From positions 209,596-273,595 of the forward strand of contig JBNJKL010000004.1 in NCBI GenBank assembly GCA_051751065.1: a DNA stretch of 64,000 bases, written 5' to 3'. Source of the DNA: Actinomycetota bacterium (GTDB lineage: Bacteria > Actinomycetota > Actinomycetes > Actinomycetales > Microbacteriaceae). The notes beneath the pieces were generated by a model, which worked only from the letters and a program-made list of their open reading frames with translations, had not been told where the DNA came from and made no database searches. This document shows positions 8,277 through 18,314 of this stretch, piece after piece. Positions within the stretch are counted from its first letter, which is position 1. The number at the start of each line of letters is the position of its first letter. Made by a program: the position numbers and the translations under genes.

Positions 8277-9834
8277 CCGCGAACCTCCACTTCTCGGCGT
8301 CGGGGACGGGGATGGTCGCCTCGAACCGTTCTCCGCCCAGCGCGGACGGCCCGTTCCCGCATCGCCCGCCCCGCCTCCTGACCGTCCCGCGGACGATCGC
8401 GAGACCGTAGCCCCGCGCATCGCGGCCGGTCTTCGTCGTCATGCCCAGATCGAAGACCCGACCGCGCAGGTGCTCCGGCACACCCGGACCGCTGTCGTCG
8501 ACCTCGATCGTCACCGCGAAACCTCGATCGGCGTCCTCCCGCCCCGACCGGATCGTGAGGCGGATGTCGTCGCCCGCCGAGCAGCTCTCGACCGCGTTCG
8601 ACAACAGATTTCCCACGACGAGCAGAGCGGCCTCGGTGAACTGCGGATCCGCACCCGCAAGGTCGGGAATCGTGGAGCCGGGCGCGACGACCAGGTCGAT
8701 GCTCCGCTCACGCGCGCGGGCCCGGTGCGCGTAGACCAGCGCCCGCACGCTCGGGTCCTCGATCCCGTCCGCAGTCATTCCGAACTCGCCCGATACTCCT
8801 CCGCCGCGGACGAACTCCAGCGCGCGAGTCGGCTCCCCCATCTCCAGAAGTCCCTCGATGACGTGGAGCGTGTTGGCGAACTCGTGCCCGCGAGAGCGCA
8901 GAGCGTCGATGTGACTCTGCGCTCCGTCCAATTCCCGCAGGAGCGAGGCGTCGCGGGAGTAGTCCCGGAACATCACGAGCCGACTCTCCCCGGCAGCCGA
9001 GGAGATCTCGAGGTCGGACGACAGCGTCAGCACCCGGTCGCCGATCTGGATGAGAGGAGCGTCCAGGGCGCGCCCTCCGCTGCCGCCGCTCGCCGCGGCC
9101 AGCAGGTCCGAGGCGTTCGCGCCGATCTCCGCATCGGTCAGATCGAGGAGGTCCCCCGCGGCGGTGTTGAACCACAGGAGTCCGCCGTCGCGATCGATCC
9201 CGATCGCGGCGTCTCCGATGCTCTCCAGCAGTGCCGCCCGCTCACGCACGACCTGGTCCACCTGCTCGGGCTCCATCCGGTAGGCGGCGCGGAGGACCCG
9301 CAACGACAGCACCCGCAGCAGGATGAACGAGGGGGCGGCGGCTCCCACGATCAGCAGCGAGACGGGCACCACGATGCCCAGGACCCGCCTGCTTCGCCAG
9401 CGCTCATCGATCTCGACGAACAGCCATCCGCCCCGCTCGAGAGGGAAGGTGTAGCCGTTCTGCACGGGTGCGCCGGGGGTGTCGCCCAGTCCGCGTAGAC
9501 GTGACCCGACCCCGGTGTGGCCCTCCTGTCCGCGCGCGGCGATCACTTCTCCCCGCGCATCCACCACCGCGTACAGCGATATGGGCCTTCCCAACGCCCG
9601 GGAGTCGCCGCGCAGCACCCGGTTCGCGATCTCGTCGACCACGCCGCCCTGCAACATTCCCAGGACTCCCCGCTCGTTCTCCGCACCCGCGAAGATCAGG
9701 GCTCCGACCAGAGTGGCCGCGAGGAGTACGGCGAAGACCAGCATCTGCGTCGCGAGCACCACCCTGCGCGAGATCGTTCGACTCGAGCGCTGCCTACGGT
9801 CGGATCGGACTGCCCACACACTTCCCCTGCACAT
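8269..9834 (-). CDS. Sensor histidine kinase, CitA/DcuS-like family
   Basis: Two TM segments flank a periplasmic domain, followed by a PAS-like region, the H-box RSRGHEFANTLHVIEGLL and a HATPase_c domain (DDSGPGVP, GYGLAIV). The start is uncertain; I chose ATG 9834, while the track extends to 9984. Confidence 0.8.
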   Translation of the reverse strand: MCRGSVWAVRSDRRQRSSRTISRRVVLATQMLVFAVLLAATLVGALIFAGAENERGVLGMLQGGVVDEIANRVLRGDSRALGRPISLYAVVDARGEVIAARGQEGHTGVGSRLRGLGDTPGAPVQNGYTFPLERGGWLFVEIDERWRSRRVLGIVVPVSLLIVGAAAPSFILLRVLSLRVLRAAYRMEPEQVDQVVRERAALLESIGDAAIGIDRDGGLLWFNTAAGDLLDLTDAEIGANASDLLAAASGGSGGRALDAPLIQIGDRVLTLSSDLEISSAAGESRLVMFRDYSRDASLLRELDGAQSHIDALRSRGHEFANTLHVIEGLLEMGEPTRALEFVRGGGVSGEFGMTADGIEDPSVRALVYAHRARARERSIDLVVAPGSTIPDLAGADPQFTEAALLVVGNLLSNAVESCSAGDDIRLTIRSGREDADRGFAVTIEVDDSGPGVPEHLRGRVFDLGMTTKTGRDARGYGLAIVRGTVRRRGGRCGNGPSALGGERFEATIPVPDAEKWRFADD

Positions 9835-10029
9835 TCCCCGCTGAGGAGAGCGACGCACCCCGAGCGGTGAGGTGGCTGCGGGGAGGACGTAGTCCCCGCA
9901 GCCGGTGGCCCCCTGGGGAGGGGCCGGACAACAAGCTTGTCGCTGCCTCAGGTCTATCGGCGCGGGTGCGCGTTCGCAACGCACGACCGCGTATTCCAGT
10001 GCATCTGGGGGACGCGGGCGCTCGATCGC

Positions 10030-10836
<807 letters not shown>

Positions 10837-10976
10837 GGACTCAGCATGGCGGATGCCCGCACCGATTCGGTCCCGAATGCCTCCTCGACACGCGGGAGAG
10901 TCCGACCGAAGAGGAGGGGCGATATGACCGGCATATCGATCGATTCGCGCGGCGCTAGGGTGTGCGTGGAGGAAAC

Positions 10977-11675
10977 ATGACGACCTGGTGGCCCTTCGCG
11001 CGGCTGGTGACGGCGCTGCTCGCACTCGCGGCCATCGTCGCGCAGCTCGGACGGTCGATCGGCAACGCCCTGGGCGAGTCCACCGCGTGGGGCAGCCACC
11101 TCCCGACGGTCATCGCGAACTTCTTCAGCTTCTTCACGATCCTCTCCAACGTCGGTGCCGTGATCGCGCTCGGTACCCTCGCGATCTGGGCCTGGACGAG
11201 AGGACGGGACGGGAGGATCGAGCCGCGTGGGCTGTCGGTCCTGCTCGCGTGCGTGAGCACGTACATGATCGTCACCGGAATCGTCTACAACACCCTCCTG
11301 CGTGGAGTCGAGCTGCCGCAGGGATCGACCGTCGCATGGTCGAACGAGGTGCTGCACGTCGTCATCCCGCTCTTCCTCCTCCTCGATGTGCTGGTCGCAC
11401 CGCGCCGCCGCACCCTCGCGTGGAGCACGGTGCCGGTCGTCGCGATCTTCCCGCTCGCGTGGGCCGCGTACACACTCGTCCGGGCTAACCTCATCGTCGC
11501 CCCGAGCAGCGGCAACACGTGGTGGTACCCCTACCCGTTCCTGGATCCGCGACTCGTCCCCGGTGGGTACCTGGGCGTCGCCGGGTACATCGTCGGCATC
11601 GCGATCGCCATCGTCGGGGTCGCGAGCCTGGTCATCTGGGTGGCTCGGCGCCGCGGCACCGCCCCCGTCCGCTGA
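10977..11675 (+). CDS. Pr6Pr family membrane protein
   Basis: ATG 10977 is preceded by GGAGG. Six predicted TM helices and an FFTILSN motif. Confidence 0.65.
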   Translation: MTTWWPFARLVTALLALAAIVAQLGRSIGNALGESTAWGSHLPTVIANFFSFFTILSNVGAVIALGTLAIWAWTRGRDGRIEPRGLSVLLACVSTYMIVTGIVYNTLLRGVELPQGSTVAWSNEVLHVVIPLFLLLDVLVAPRRRTLAWSTVPVVAIFPLAWAAYTLVRANLIVAPSSGNTWWYPYPFLDPRLVPGGYLGVAGYIVGIAIAIVGVASLVIWVARRRGTAPVR

Positions 11676-11769
11676 CTCGGCCGCGCCGCCGACGCCCGAC
11701 CACCACCGGTTACGCTGGATCGGGGGGATCGCACGAGGACTGTTCCCCGCGTGAGCGAGGAGACAGCGG

Positions 11770-12960
11770 ATGACCCAGCCCTACCCTGCCCCTGACGGCG
11801 CATCGAGCGCACCGCCCCCGCCGCCCGCCGCGCCCTCCGCATCGCTGCCGGCCGGACCGCCGCCCGCGGTGTCCACTCCGGCGAGCGCTCCTCCCGCGCA
11901 GACGTCCCCCGCCGCACCGTCGTCCCCCGCCGCACCGTCAGCGCCCGCGGCACCGACAGCGCCCCGCGCCGGCGACGCCCCGAGCGACGCGGAGATGTCC
12001 CGCGCGGCATCCGTGCTGAAGATCATCTCCGACGCGTACTCGGCGAAGATGGTCGGCCAGGACCGACTGCGGATGAGCCTGCTGATCTCACTCATCGCCG
12101 GCGGACACATCCTCCTCGAGAGCGTCCCCGGCCTCGCGAAGACCACCGCAGCCAGCACCCTCGCCGACACGGTGAAGGCGCAGTTTAAGCGCATCCAGTG
12201 CACTCCGGACCTGCTGCCCAGCGACATCACGGGCAACCAGATCTACGACGCCTCCACCGGCACGTTCCGCACGGTCCTGGGCCCGGTGCACGCGAACTTC
12301 GTGCTGCTGGACGAGATCAACCGCTCGAGCGCCAAGACGCAGAGCGCGATGCTCGAGGCGATGCAGGAGCACCAGACCACGATCGGCGGCGAGGTGCACC
12401 ACCTCCCGAAGCCGTTCCTCGTGATCGCGACGCAGAACCCCATCGAGCAGGAGGGCACGTACGAGCTGCCCGAGGCGCAGATGGACCGGTTCCTGCTGAA
12501 GGAGATCGTGGAGTACCCGAGCCCGGCGGAGGAGATCGAGATCCTCAACCGGATCGACTCCGGAGTGCTGGACCCCGACCGCCACGTGTCCAGCGCCGTG
12601 ACGCTGGAGGACGTGCAGCTGCTGCAGGACGTCGCGAGCCGCATCTACGTCGACGCCGCGATCCGGCAGTACATCGTCTCGCTCGCCTATGTCACCCGGA
12701 ATCCTGCGCCGTACATCGGCGAGGACCGCGCCCGCTACATCAAGTACGGCGCGAGCCCCCGTGCGAGCATCGCGTTCCTGCAGGCCTCCCGCGCGCTCGC
12801 TCTGCTGATGGGCCGCTCGCACGTGGTGCCGGAGGACATCCGGACGCTGCGCCATCTCGTGCTCCGTCACCGCGTGCTGCTGACGTTCGAGGCGGATGCC
12901 GAGGGCGTGCGCAGCGAGGACATCATCGACGCGATCTTCGCCGCGGTGCCCACGCCCTGA
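11770..12960 (+). CDS. MoxR-like AAA+ ATPase with a Pro/Ala-rich N-terminal extension
   Basis: Walker A-equivalent LLESVPGLAKTT, Walker B VLLDEINR, and TQNPIEQEGTYELPEAQMDRF. The first ~75 aa are low-complexity P/A/S repeats. Confidence 0.92.
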   Translation: MTQPYPAPDGASSAPPPPPAAPSASLPAGPPPAVSTPASAPPAQTSPAAPSSPAAPSAPAAPTAPRAGDAPSDAEMSRAASVLKIISDAYSAKMVGQDRLRMSLLISLIAGGHILLESVPGLAKTTAASTLADTVKAQFKRIQCTPDLLPSDITGNQIYDASTGTFRTVLGPVHANFVLLDEINRSSAKTQSAMLEAMQEHQTTIGGEVHHLPKPFLVIATQNPIEQEGTYELPEAQMDRFLLKEIVEYPSPAEEIEILNRIDSGVLDPDRHVSSAVTLEDVQLLQDVASRIYVDAAIRQYIVSLAYVTRNPAPYIGEDRARYIKYGASPRASIAFLQASRALALLMGRSHVVPEDIRTLRHLVLRHRVLLTFEADAEGVRSEDIIDAIFAAVPTP

Positions 12961-12964
12961 TCCG

Positions 12965-13852
12965 ATGCCGAGCCTGATCACCCAGGTGAAGAGCAAGCTC
13001 TTCATCCACTCGTCGCAGAAGTCGATGCACGCGCTGGACGGCGCGTACGCCTCGCTGCTGCGCGGACGCAGTCTCGACTTCGAGGATCTGCGCGCGTACG
13101 AGTACGGGGATCAAGTGCGCGACATCGACTGGCGGGCGACGGCCCGACAGGGCGAACCTCTCGTCAAACGGTCGCGCGCGAACCGCATGCACACGGTGCT
13201 CTTCGTGGTCGATACCGGACGCTCGATGACGGCCCTCGCCGCGGATGAGAGTCCCAAGCGCGACCTCGCCGTGCTCGCCACGGGCGCGCTCGGTGTGTTG
13301 ACGCTGCGCCACGGCGACGACTTCAGCCTCGTCTACGGCGACGGCGCGGGTGCTCGCCGACGCGCTCCCGGGCGCAGCGAGGGCGCACTGGAACACGCGC
13401 TCCGCACGGTCGACGGCGCGATCCGCACCAGCACCGCACCGAGTGATCGCGACGGCCTGCTCGGCTACGTCGCCCGCACGATCTCCCGCCGGATGATCGT
13501 GGTCGTCGTCACCGACGAGGCGCCCGTGACCGACGAGACCGAACGGCTCCTGCGGCGCCTGCGTGTGCAGCACGACCTGCTCTGGCTCACGCTCGCGGAC
13601 GCGGATCCGGTGCTCGACCACGCGACCGGGCGCGTCAGGGCCGATGTCGCGAGCCGGTGGGAGGTGCCCGACTTCGTGCACGGCGACCGGGAGGTCGTGG
13701 CGGAACTGCGTCGACAGCACGACGCCGAGACGATTCGTCGCACCGAGTTGCTCGACCACCTGGAGATCAGCCACGCCGAGCTCGCCGGCCTCGACGATGC
13801 CGTGCCGCAGCTCCTGCGTCTGCTGAACCGGAGGTCGCATGTCCGGTTCTGA
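12965..13852 (+). CDS. DUF58 domain protein (MoxR partner, VWA-like)
   Basis: ATG 12965. The motif DFEDLRAYEYGDQVRDIDWRATAR is typical of DUF58. Confidence 0.88.
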   Translation: MPSLITQVKSKLFIHSSQKSMHALDGAYASLLRGRSLDFEDLRAYEYGDQVRDIDWRATARQGEPLVKRSRANRMHTVLFVVDTGRSMTALAADESPKRDLAVLATGALGVLTLRHGDDFSLVYGDGAGARRRAPGRSEGALEHALRTVDGAIRTSTAPSDRDGLLGYVARTISRRMIVVVVTDEAPVTDETERLLRRLRVQHDLLWLTLADADPVLDHATGRVRADVASRWEVPDFVHGDREVVAELRRQHDAETIRRTELLDHLEISHAELAGLDDAVPQLLRLLNRRSHVRF

Positions 13853-14327
13853 TGAGCTCTACCCCCCGGCCCAGTACGGCTGGGGCTGGCTGCTGCTCGC
13901 GTTCGGCGTGCTCGCGCTGCTCGTGCTGGCCGTGTGGCTCGTTATCCTCCTGACCCGCCCGCGCCGCCTCGCCCCTCCCGTGGACTCGGGCACGCCCGCA
14001 CCGCGCACGGCCGATGTCCTCTCGCAGTTGCGCGAGGAGTATCTCGCGACGATCGCGCGGATCGAGGCGGACTACCGCGCGGGAGCCCTGGACCCGCGGC
14101 GCGCGAACCTCGAACTCAGCCGAGCCGTGCGCACCTTCGTCAATGAGTACAGCGGACTCGAGGCGCCGGTGCTCGCACTCGACGACCTCATCTCCCTGGG
14201 TGTCCACCCCGCCCTGATCGACGCCCTGCACCGGCACTACTATCCGAGCATCTTCCGCCAGGGACCCGCGATCGATCCGCTCGCCGGCGTCGACGCCGCC
14301 CGGAGGGTGGTGACCTCGTGGCACTAG
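13839..14327 (+). CDS. Hypothetical single-pass membrane protein of the Bat-like operon
   Basis: GGAGG RBS, N-terminal TM helix, and overlaps with both neighbouring genes. Confidence 0.55.
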   Translation: MSGSDELYPPAQYGWGWLLLAFGVLALLVLAVWLVILLTRPRRLAPPVDSGTPAPRTADVLSQLREEYLATIARIEADYRAGALDPRRANLELSRAVRTFVNEYSGLEAPVLALDDLISLGVHPALIDALHRHYYPSIFRQGPAIDPLAGVDAARRVVTSWH

Positions 14328-15301
14328 CGAACCTCTGGATCCTCATCGGCGCGGTGATCCTCGTCCTGCTCGCGATCGGGCTCGGCCTGTTCCTGGGTCT
14401 GCGCCGCACCACCCGGCACGCGTCGGACGACAGCGCACCCATCGCGCGCGCCGAGCGCCTGCGTTCGCTTCCCGCCTTCCAGCAGGCGGTCCGGCGCCGC
14501 GCCTTCGCGCTGTCCGGCATCCTCGTGCTGGGCATCCTCGCGACCGTCGTCGGCGGGGTCGTCGCCGCGCGCCCGATGTCCGCCCAGACCGTCCAGCCCG
14601 TGAACAGCAACCGCGACATCATGCTGTGCCTGGACGTCTCCGGCTCGATGACCGACGTCGATGTCGAGGTCCTGACCGTGTTCGACGAGCTCCTGGACGG
14701 ATTCGAGGGAGAGCGGATCGGGCTGACGATCTTCAACAGCTCCCCCGTGCAGATCTTCCCCCTCACGGATGACTACGAGTTCATCCGCACCCAGCTCACG
14801 AGCATCCGCGAGAGCTTCGACTACCTCGATGAGGTTCCCGAGCACTGGGTCGGCACGCTGAACGGCCCGGGCGCATCACTGATCGGCGACGGGCTCGCCT
14901 CGTGCGCCATGCGGTTCGACAACCTCGACGAGGAGCGATCCCGCTCGATCATCCTCGCCACCGACAACGAGGTGAACGGCGCATCGATCGTGACGCTCGA
15001 GGAGGCGGCGATCTACGCGCAGGCCGCGGGCGTGCGCGTCTTCGCGCTCAACCCGATCGAGGGGTCGTCCGACGTCAGCGGCGAGCTCACGTCCGCCGCC
15101 GAGACCACCGGCGGCGCCGCCTACGGCCTCCGCGACACGACCACGGTCGCCGACATCATCGCCCAGGTGCAGGAGGAGGAGGCAACTGAGCTGCGCGGAC
15201 AGGCGCAGGTGGTGTGGACCGACACCCCGAACCTCTGGATCGCCGCGCTCCTCGTGCTCGCCCTGTCGTTCCTCGTGGTGCTGTGGAGGGTGCGACTGTG
15301 A
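14318..15301 (+). CDS. VWA domain-containing membrane protein (BatA-like)
   Basis: GTG start after GGAGGG. N- and C-terminal TM helices and the MIDAS motif LCLDVSGSM. Confidence 0.85.
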   Translation: MALANLWILIGAVILVLLAIGLGLFLGLRRTTRHASDDSAPIARAERLRSLPAFQQAVRRRAFALSGILVLGILATVVGGVVAARPMSAQTVQPVNSNRDIMLCLDVSGSMTDVDVEVLTVFDELLDGFEGERIGLTIFNSSPVQIFPLTDDYEFIRTQLTSIRESFDYLDEVPEHWVGTLNGPGASLIGDGLASCAMRFDNLDEERSRSIILATDNEVNGASIVTLEEAAIYAQAAGVRVFALNPIEGSSDVSGELTSAAETTGGAAYGLRDTTTVADIIAQVQEEEATELRGQAQVVWTDTPNLWIAALLVLALSFLVVLWRVRL

Positions 15302-16314
15302 TCCTGCAACCCGTCCTGCATCCCCTCCTTCTGCTGCTGCTCTGCACCCCGGTGGCCGTGGGCCTCACCCTCGCGCTCGTGCGCGATCGCGGCCGGCGCG
15401 CACTGTGGGCGCTCCGGCTCATCCTCCTTCTCGCCTGCATCGTCCTGCTGCTGCGCCCCGGCATCCCCGGTGGCTCCACGCAGACCCTCGCCACCGACAC
15501 GGACGTCATCCTCGTCGTCGACACCACCGCGAGCATCGTGGCCGAGGACTGGGACGGCGACGAGCAGCGCCTCGAGGGGGTGCGCGCCGACATCGCCGAC
15601 ATCGTCGCGCAGTACCCTGGCGCGCGGTTCGCGCTGATCACGTTCGACGCCGCGGCCGAGCTGCGTCTGCCGCTCACGACCGACACGACAGCGCTGGCCT
15701 CGTCGCTCGAGGTCATGACGCCCGAGGTCACCGGACAGTCGCAGGGCAGCTCGGTCGGACTCGCGCACACCATGCTCGCCGAGACGCTGCAGAGCGCCGC
15801 CGCCACCTCTCCCGATCGCGGGCGGATGGTGTTCTACTTCGGCGACGGCGAGCAGACCGCGGCGACGGATCCGGAGTCGTTCGCGGAGAGCGCCGAGTAT
15901 GTCGACGCCGGGTCGGTGCTCGGATACGGCACCACCGAGGGCGGGCCGATGCGCGAGACGACCGGTGGAGTGGGCGCCGGGGGCGGCGAGTACATCGAAT
16001 ACCAGGGCGAGCCCGCGCTGTCCGTCCGCGACGAGGCCACGCTGCAGACCATCGCCGATGAGCTGGGTGTGCCCCTGCAGCTGCGCTCGGCCGAGGAGCC
16101 CCTGGCGCTTCCCGACGCGCCGACGACGACGTCGAACTTCGCCGACTCGGGTGAGGTCGGCAACGTGACCGAGCTGTACTGGATCGCCGCGATCGTGATC
16201 GCGCTGCTGCTCGCGTTCGAGATCACGCGCGCGACCATGCTCATCGCCCGGATGCGCGGGCTCGCGCTGCGTGATCCCGCCTCCTCCGACCTGCCCACGG
16301 GAGGAGCCTCATGA
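15298..16314 (+). CDS. VWA domain-containing membrane protein (BatB-like)
   Basis: GTG 15298 overlaps the upstream stop (GTGA). Features: TM helices, ILVVDTTASI, a VWA fold and a C-terminal TM helix. Confidence 0.78.
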   Translation: MILQPVLHPLLLLLLCTPVAVGLTLALVRDRGRRALWALRLILLLACIVLLLRPGIPGGSTQTLATDTDVILVVDTTASIVAEDWDGDEQRLEGVRADIADIVAQYPGARFALITFDAAAELRLPLTTDTTALASSLEVMTPEVTGQSQGSSVGLAHTMLAETLQSAAATSPDRGRMVFYFGDGEQTAATDPESFAESAEYVDAGSVLGYGTTEGGPMRETTGGVGAGGGEYIEYQGEPALSVRDEATLQTIADELGVPLQLRSAEEPLALPDAPTTTSNFADSGEVGNVTELYWIAAIVIALLLAFEITRATMLIARMRGLALRDPASSDLPTGGAS

Positions 16315-17078
16315 GCACCGCGTCCGCCACCCCCGCCGCGACCTCCGAGGCCGCGGCCCTGATCGCCGCCAACCGCCGGCGCCGACGCATCCGCCGGTGG
16401 ATCGCGATCGGGACCCTGCCCCTGACGCTCGCCGCGCTCCTCGTGGTCGGCAAGGTCCTGAGCATGTATGCCTTCGCCCACCAGTCGATCACCTCGTACG
16501 TGATCGGCGATCACGCGCAGTCCATCAGCTCCGCGCAGGGCCAGGGGTTCCTCAACATCTTCGAGCCGTACAAGGCCCCCTTCAATGTGGGCACCGGGCT
16601 CGCCGCCGCAGGCGACCTCGACGACGCCCGCGTCACGCTCGGCGAAGCGCTGGATCTCGCGACCGGGCTCGAGGTGTGCGGCGTGCGGATCAACCTCGCG
16701 ATCGTCACCGAACAGCTCGGCGATGCGGCACAGGCCGACGGCGACGCCACGGGCGCCGCCGAGTACTACGCCGAGGCGCTGACGATCACGCTCGAGACGC
16801 CCGAGGAGTGCGACAGCCCGGAAGCACAGGAGCAGTCGTCCGATCCGGAGCGCGACATGAGCGACACTCTCGACGAGCTCGAGGACCGGCTGCAGGAGAA
16901 GCAGCAGGGCACCCCGCCGCCGGAAGAGGAACCGCAGGAGCAGCCCCAGGAGCCGGAGCCGTCCGAGGGGCAGCTCGACGAGCTGCAGGACCGGCTCGAT
17001 CAGGGCGCCGAGGACCGCGAGCAGTATCAGCAGGGCGAAGACGGCGAGCCCGGCTCGGGGACGGATCGGCCATGGTAG
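16311..17078 (+). CDS. Membrane-anchored TPR-like protein with an acidic Q/E/P-rich tail (BatC-like position)
   Basis: ATGA overlap with the upstream gene, a GGGAGGAG RBS, one TM helix, and the tail ...QQGTPPPEEEPQEQPQEPEPSEGQLDELQDRLDQG. Confidence 0.6.
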   Translation: MSTASATPAATSEAAALIAANRRRRRIRRWIAIGTLPLTLAALLVVGKVLSMYAFAHQSITSYVIGDHAQSISSAQGQGFLNIFEPYKAPFNVGTGLAAAGDLDDARVTLGEALDLATGLEVCGVRINLAIVTEQLGDAAQADGDATGAAEYYAEALTITLETPEECDSPEAQEQSSDPERDMSDTLDELEDRLQEKQQGTPPPEEEPQEQPQEPEPSEGQLDELQDRLDQGAEDREQYQQGEDGEPGSGTDRPW

Positions 17079-18187
17079 ATCACGAGCAGCAGCGGGCACG
17101 GTACATCTCGAACGCCGAGGGCGCGCCACCCGTCCCGCCGCCCGGCGGGTACCGCGGGGCCCGTCGCGCGCGGCCCGACTCCGTCGTGACCATCGGCGTG
17201 CCCGCCTCCGTGTCTGCCGCGGGGGAGCCGGCGTCGACGGAAGCTCCTCGGACGGCCAACGCGATCGGATGGGTCGCCCTCGTGGGTGCGATCCTGTTCG
17301 CGGTGACCCTGCTCGGAGCCATGCTCGCCGGCGGCACCGACCTGCTCTACGGCGTCACGATCCTCACGCTGCAGCTCGTGCTCGTCGCCACCATCGTCGC
17401 CGCGCTCGTGACCGCGCGCGGGCGCACGCTCGGCGCGATCGCGCTCATCATCACGCTGCTGCTGAACGTCGGAACGGTCGGTGCCATGAGCGCACTGCAG
17501 ACCTCCGCCGCCGGGAACTACGACGGCGCGAAGTCCGAAGAGCAGCGGCACGCCGAGGCGTTCCCCGGTATGAAGGACGTCTCGTCCGAGCAGGTGCTGG
17601 CGCAGTCGTCGCTCGAGGAGATCCGCGACTCCTCCGACGCGATGCTCGCCGACATCCGCGACGCCCTGTCCGCCGAGTTCGGCTACACCTGGAGCGAGGG
17701 GTCGGACGAGGCCCTGCGCCCCGAGCGCAACGGGTACGGCGGCGAATCGATGCTCGTGCAGTACACCTCCACGACGTGGGCCACGAACGAGCCGATCCAG
17801 GATTACGACCGCAAGCTCGCGGTGATGGACGTGATCGACCGGGTCATCGCGGAGCACGGCATGTGGGGCATCATCTCGTTGAACGATGCCTCCTCCGGTC
17901 TCGATCCCGGGATGCTCGAACAGCTGTACGGGACCGACGACCCGCGCACGCAGCCGACGTGGGAGTGGTACAGTGACGACTTCCCGGAGCCGCGGCGCTT
18001 CTATGCCACGATCCACGACACCTCGAACGACCCGACCGGTGAGTTCCTCGAGAGCCGGGAGGCGCAGAGCGCCCGCACCGGCGAGCCGGTCGAGGGCCTG
18101 AAGATCCTCGTGATCGCCCCCGAGCTGCTGAGCGAGGACGACCGCGACGAGTTCGAGCGCCTGCTTCCCGAGTACCCCGGCTTCTGA
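17072..18187 (+). CDS. Hypothetical membrane protein (three TM helices plus an extracytoplasmic C-terminal domain); last gene of the Bat-like operon
   Basis: ATG 17072 is in frame with track ORF 16271-18187 and overlaps the upstream stop. I recognise no domain. Confidence 0.55.
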   Translation: MVDHEQQRARYISNAEGAPPVPPPGGYRGARRARPDSVVTIGVPASVSAAGEPASTEAPRTANAIGWVALVGAILFAVTLLGAMLAGGTDLLYGVTILTLQLVLVATIVAALVTARGRTLGAIALIITLLLNVGTVGAMSALQTSAAGNYDGAKSEEQRHAEAFPGMKDVSSEQVLAQSSLEEIRDSSDAMLADIRDALSAEFGYTWSEGSDEALRPERNGYGGESMLVQYTSTTWATNEPIQDYDRKLAVMDVIDRVIAEHGMWGIISLNDASSGLDPGMLEQLYGTDDPRTQPTWEWYSDDFPEPRRFYATIHDTSNDPTGEFLESREAQSARTGEPVEGLKILVIAPELLSEDDRDEFERLLPEYPGF

Positions 18188-18216
18188 CCCGTCCCGTCCG
18201 TCCGCCGGTCTCTTCG

Positions 18217-18268
18217 TTTGCCGCGACACGCGGCATCCCCCGGACTCGACACGGCATGTCGCGGCAAA
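18217..18268. repeat. 52-nt palindromic element, copy 1 (left boundary of the RiPP cluster)
   Basis: tttgccgcgacacgcgg-N17-acggcatgtcgcggcaaa. The outer 12-bp arms TTTGCCGCGACA/TGTCGCGGCAAA are perfect inverted repeats. It has the same length and orientation as 27970-28021. Confidence 0.8.
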
Positions 18269-18314
18269 TGGCGAGGTGCGCCTGGTCCGACGCTTCCCCT
18301 GACGCCCGCACGGA

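Noticed and set aside
10837-10976. Possible yybP-ykoY (manganese) riboswitch in the 140-nt leader of the TerC family gene. TerC genes often carry one.
   Set aside because: Reading the minus-strand leader, I could not find the conserved GGGGAGUAG-type 5' block or the matching 3' block. Only a small ATTCGG/CCGAAT hairpin is present. The region must also hold the divergent promoter of the Pr6Pr gene. A cmscan would settle it.
18217-18268. Interpreting the 52-nt palindromic element simply as the bidirectional terminator of the convergent genes at 18187 and 18315.
   Set aside because: This could be true for copy 1. But a near-identical copy sits in a divergent promoter region (27970-28021) where a terminator is not expected. 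I therefore report the pair as a repeat family and boundary element instead.
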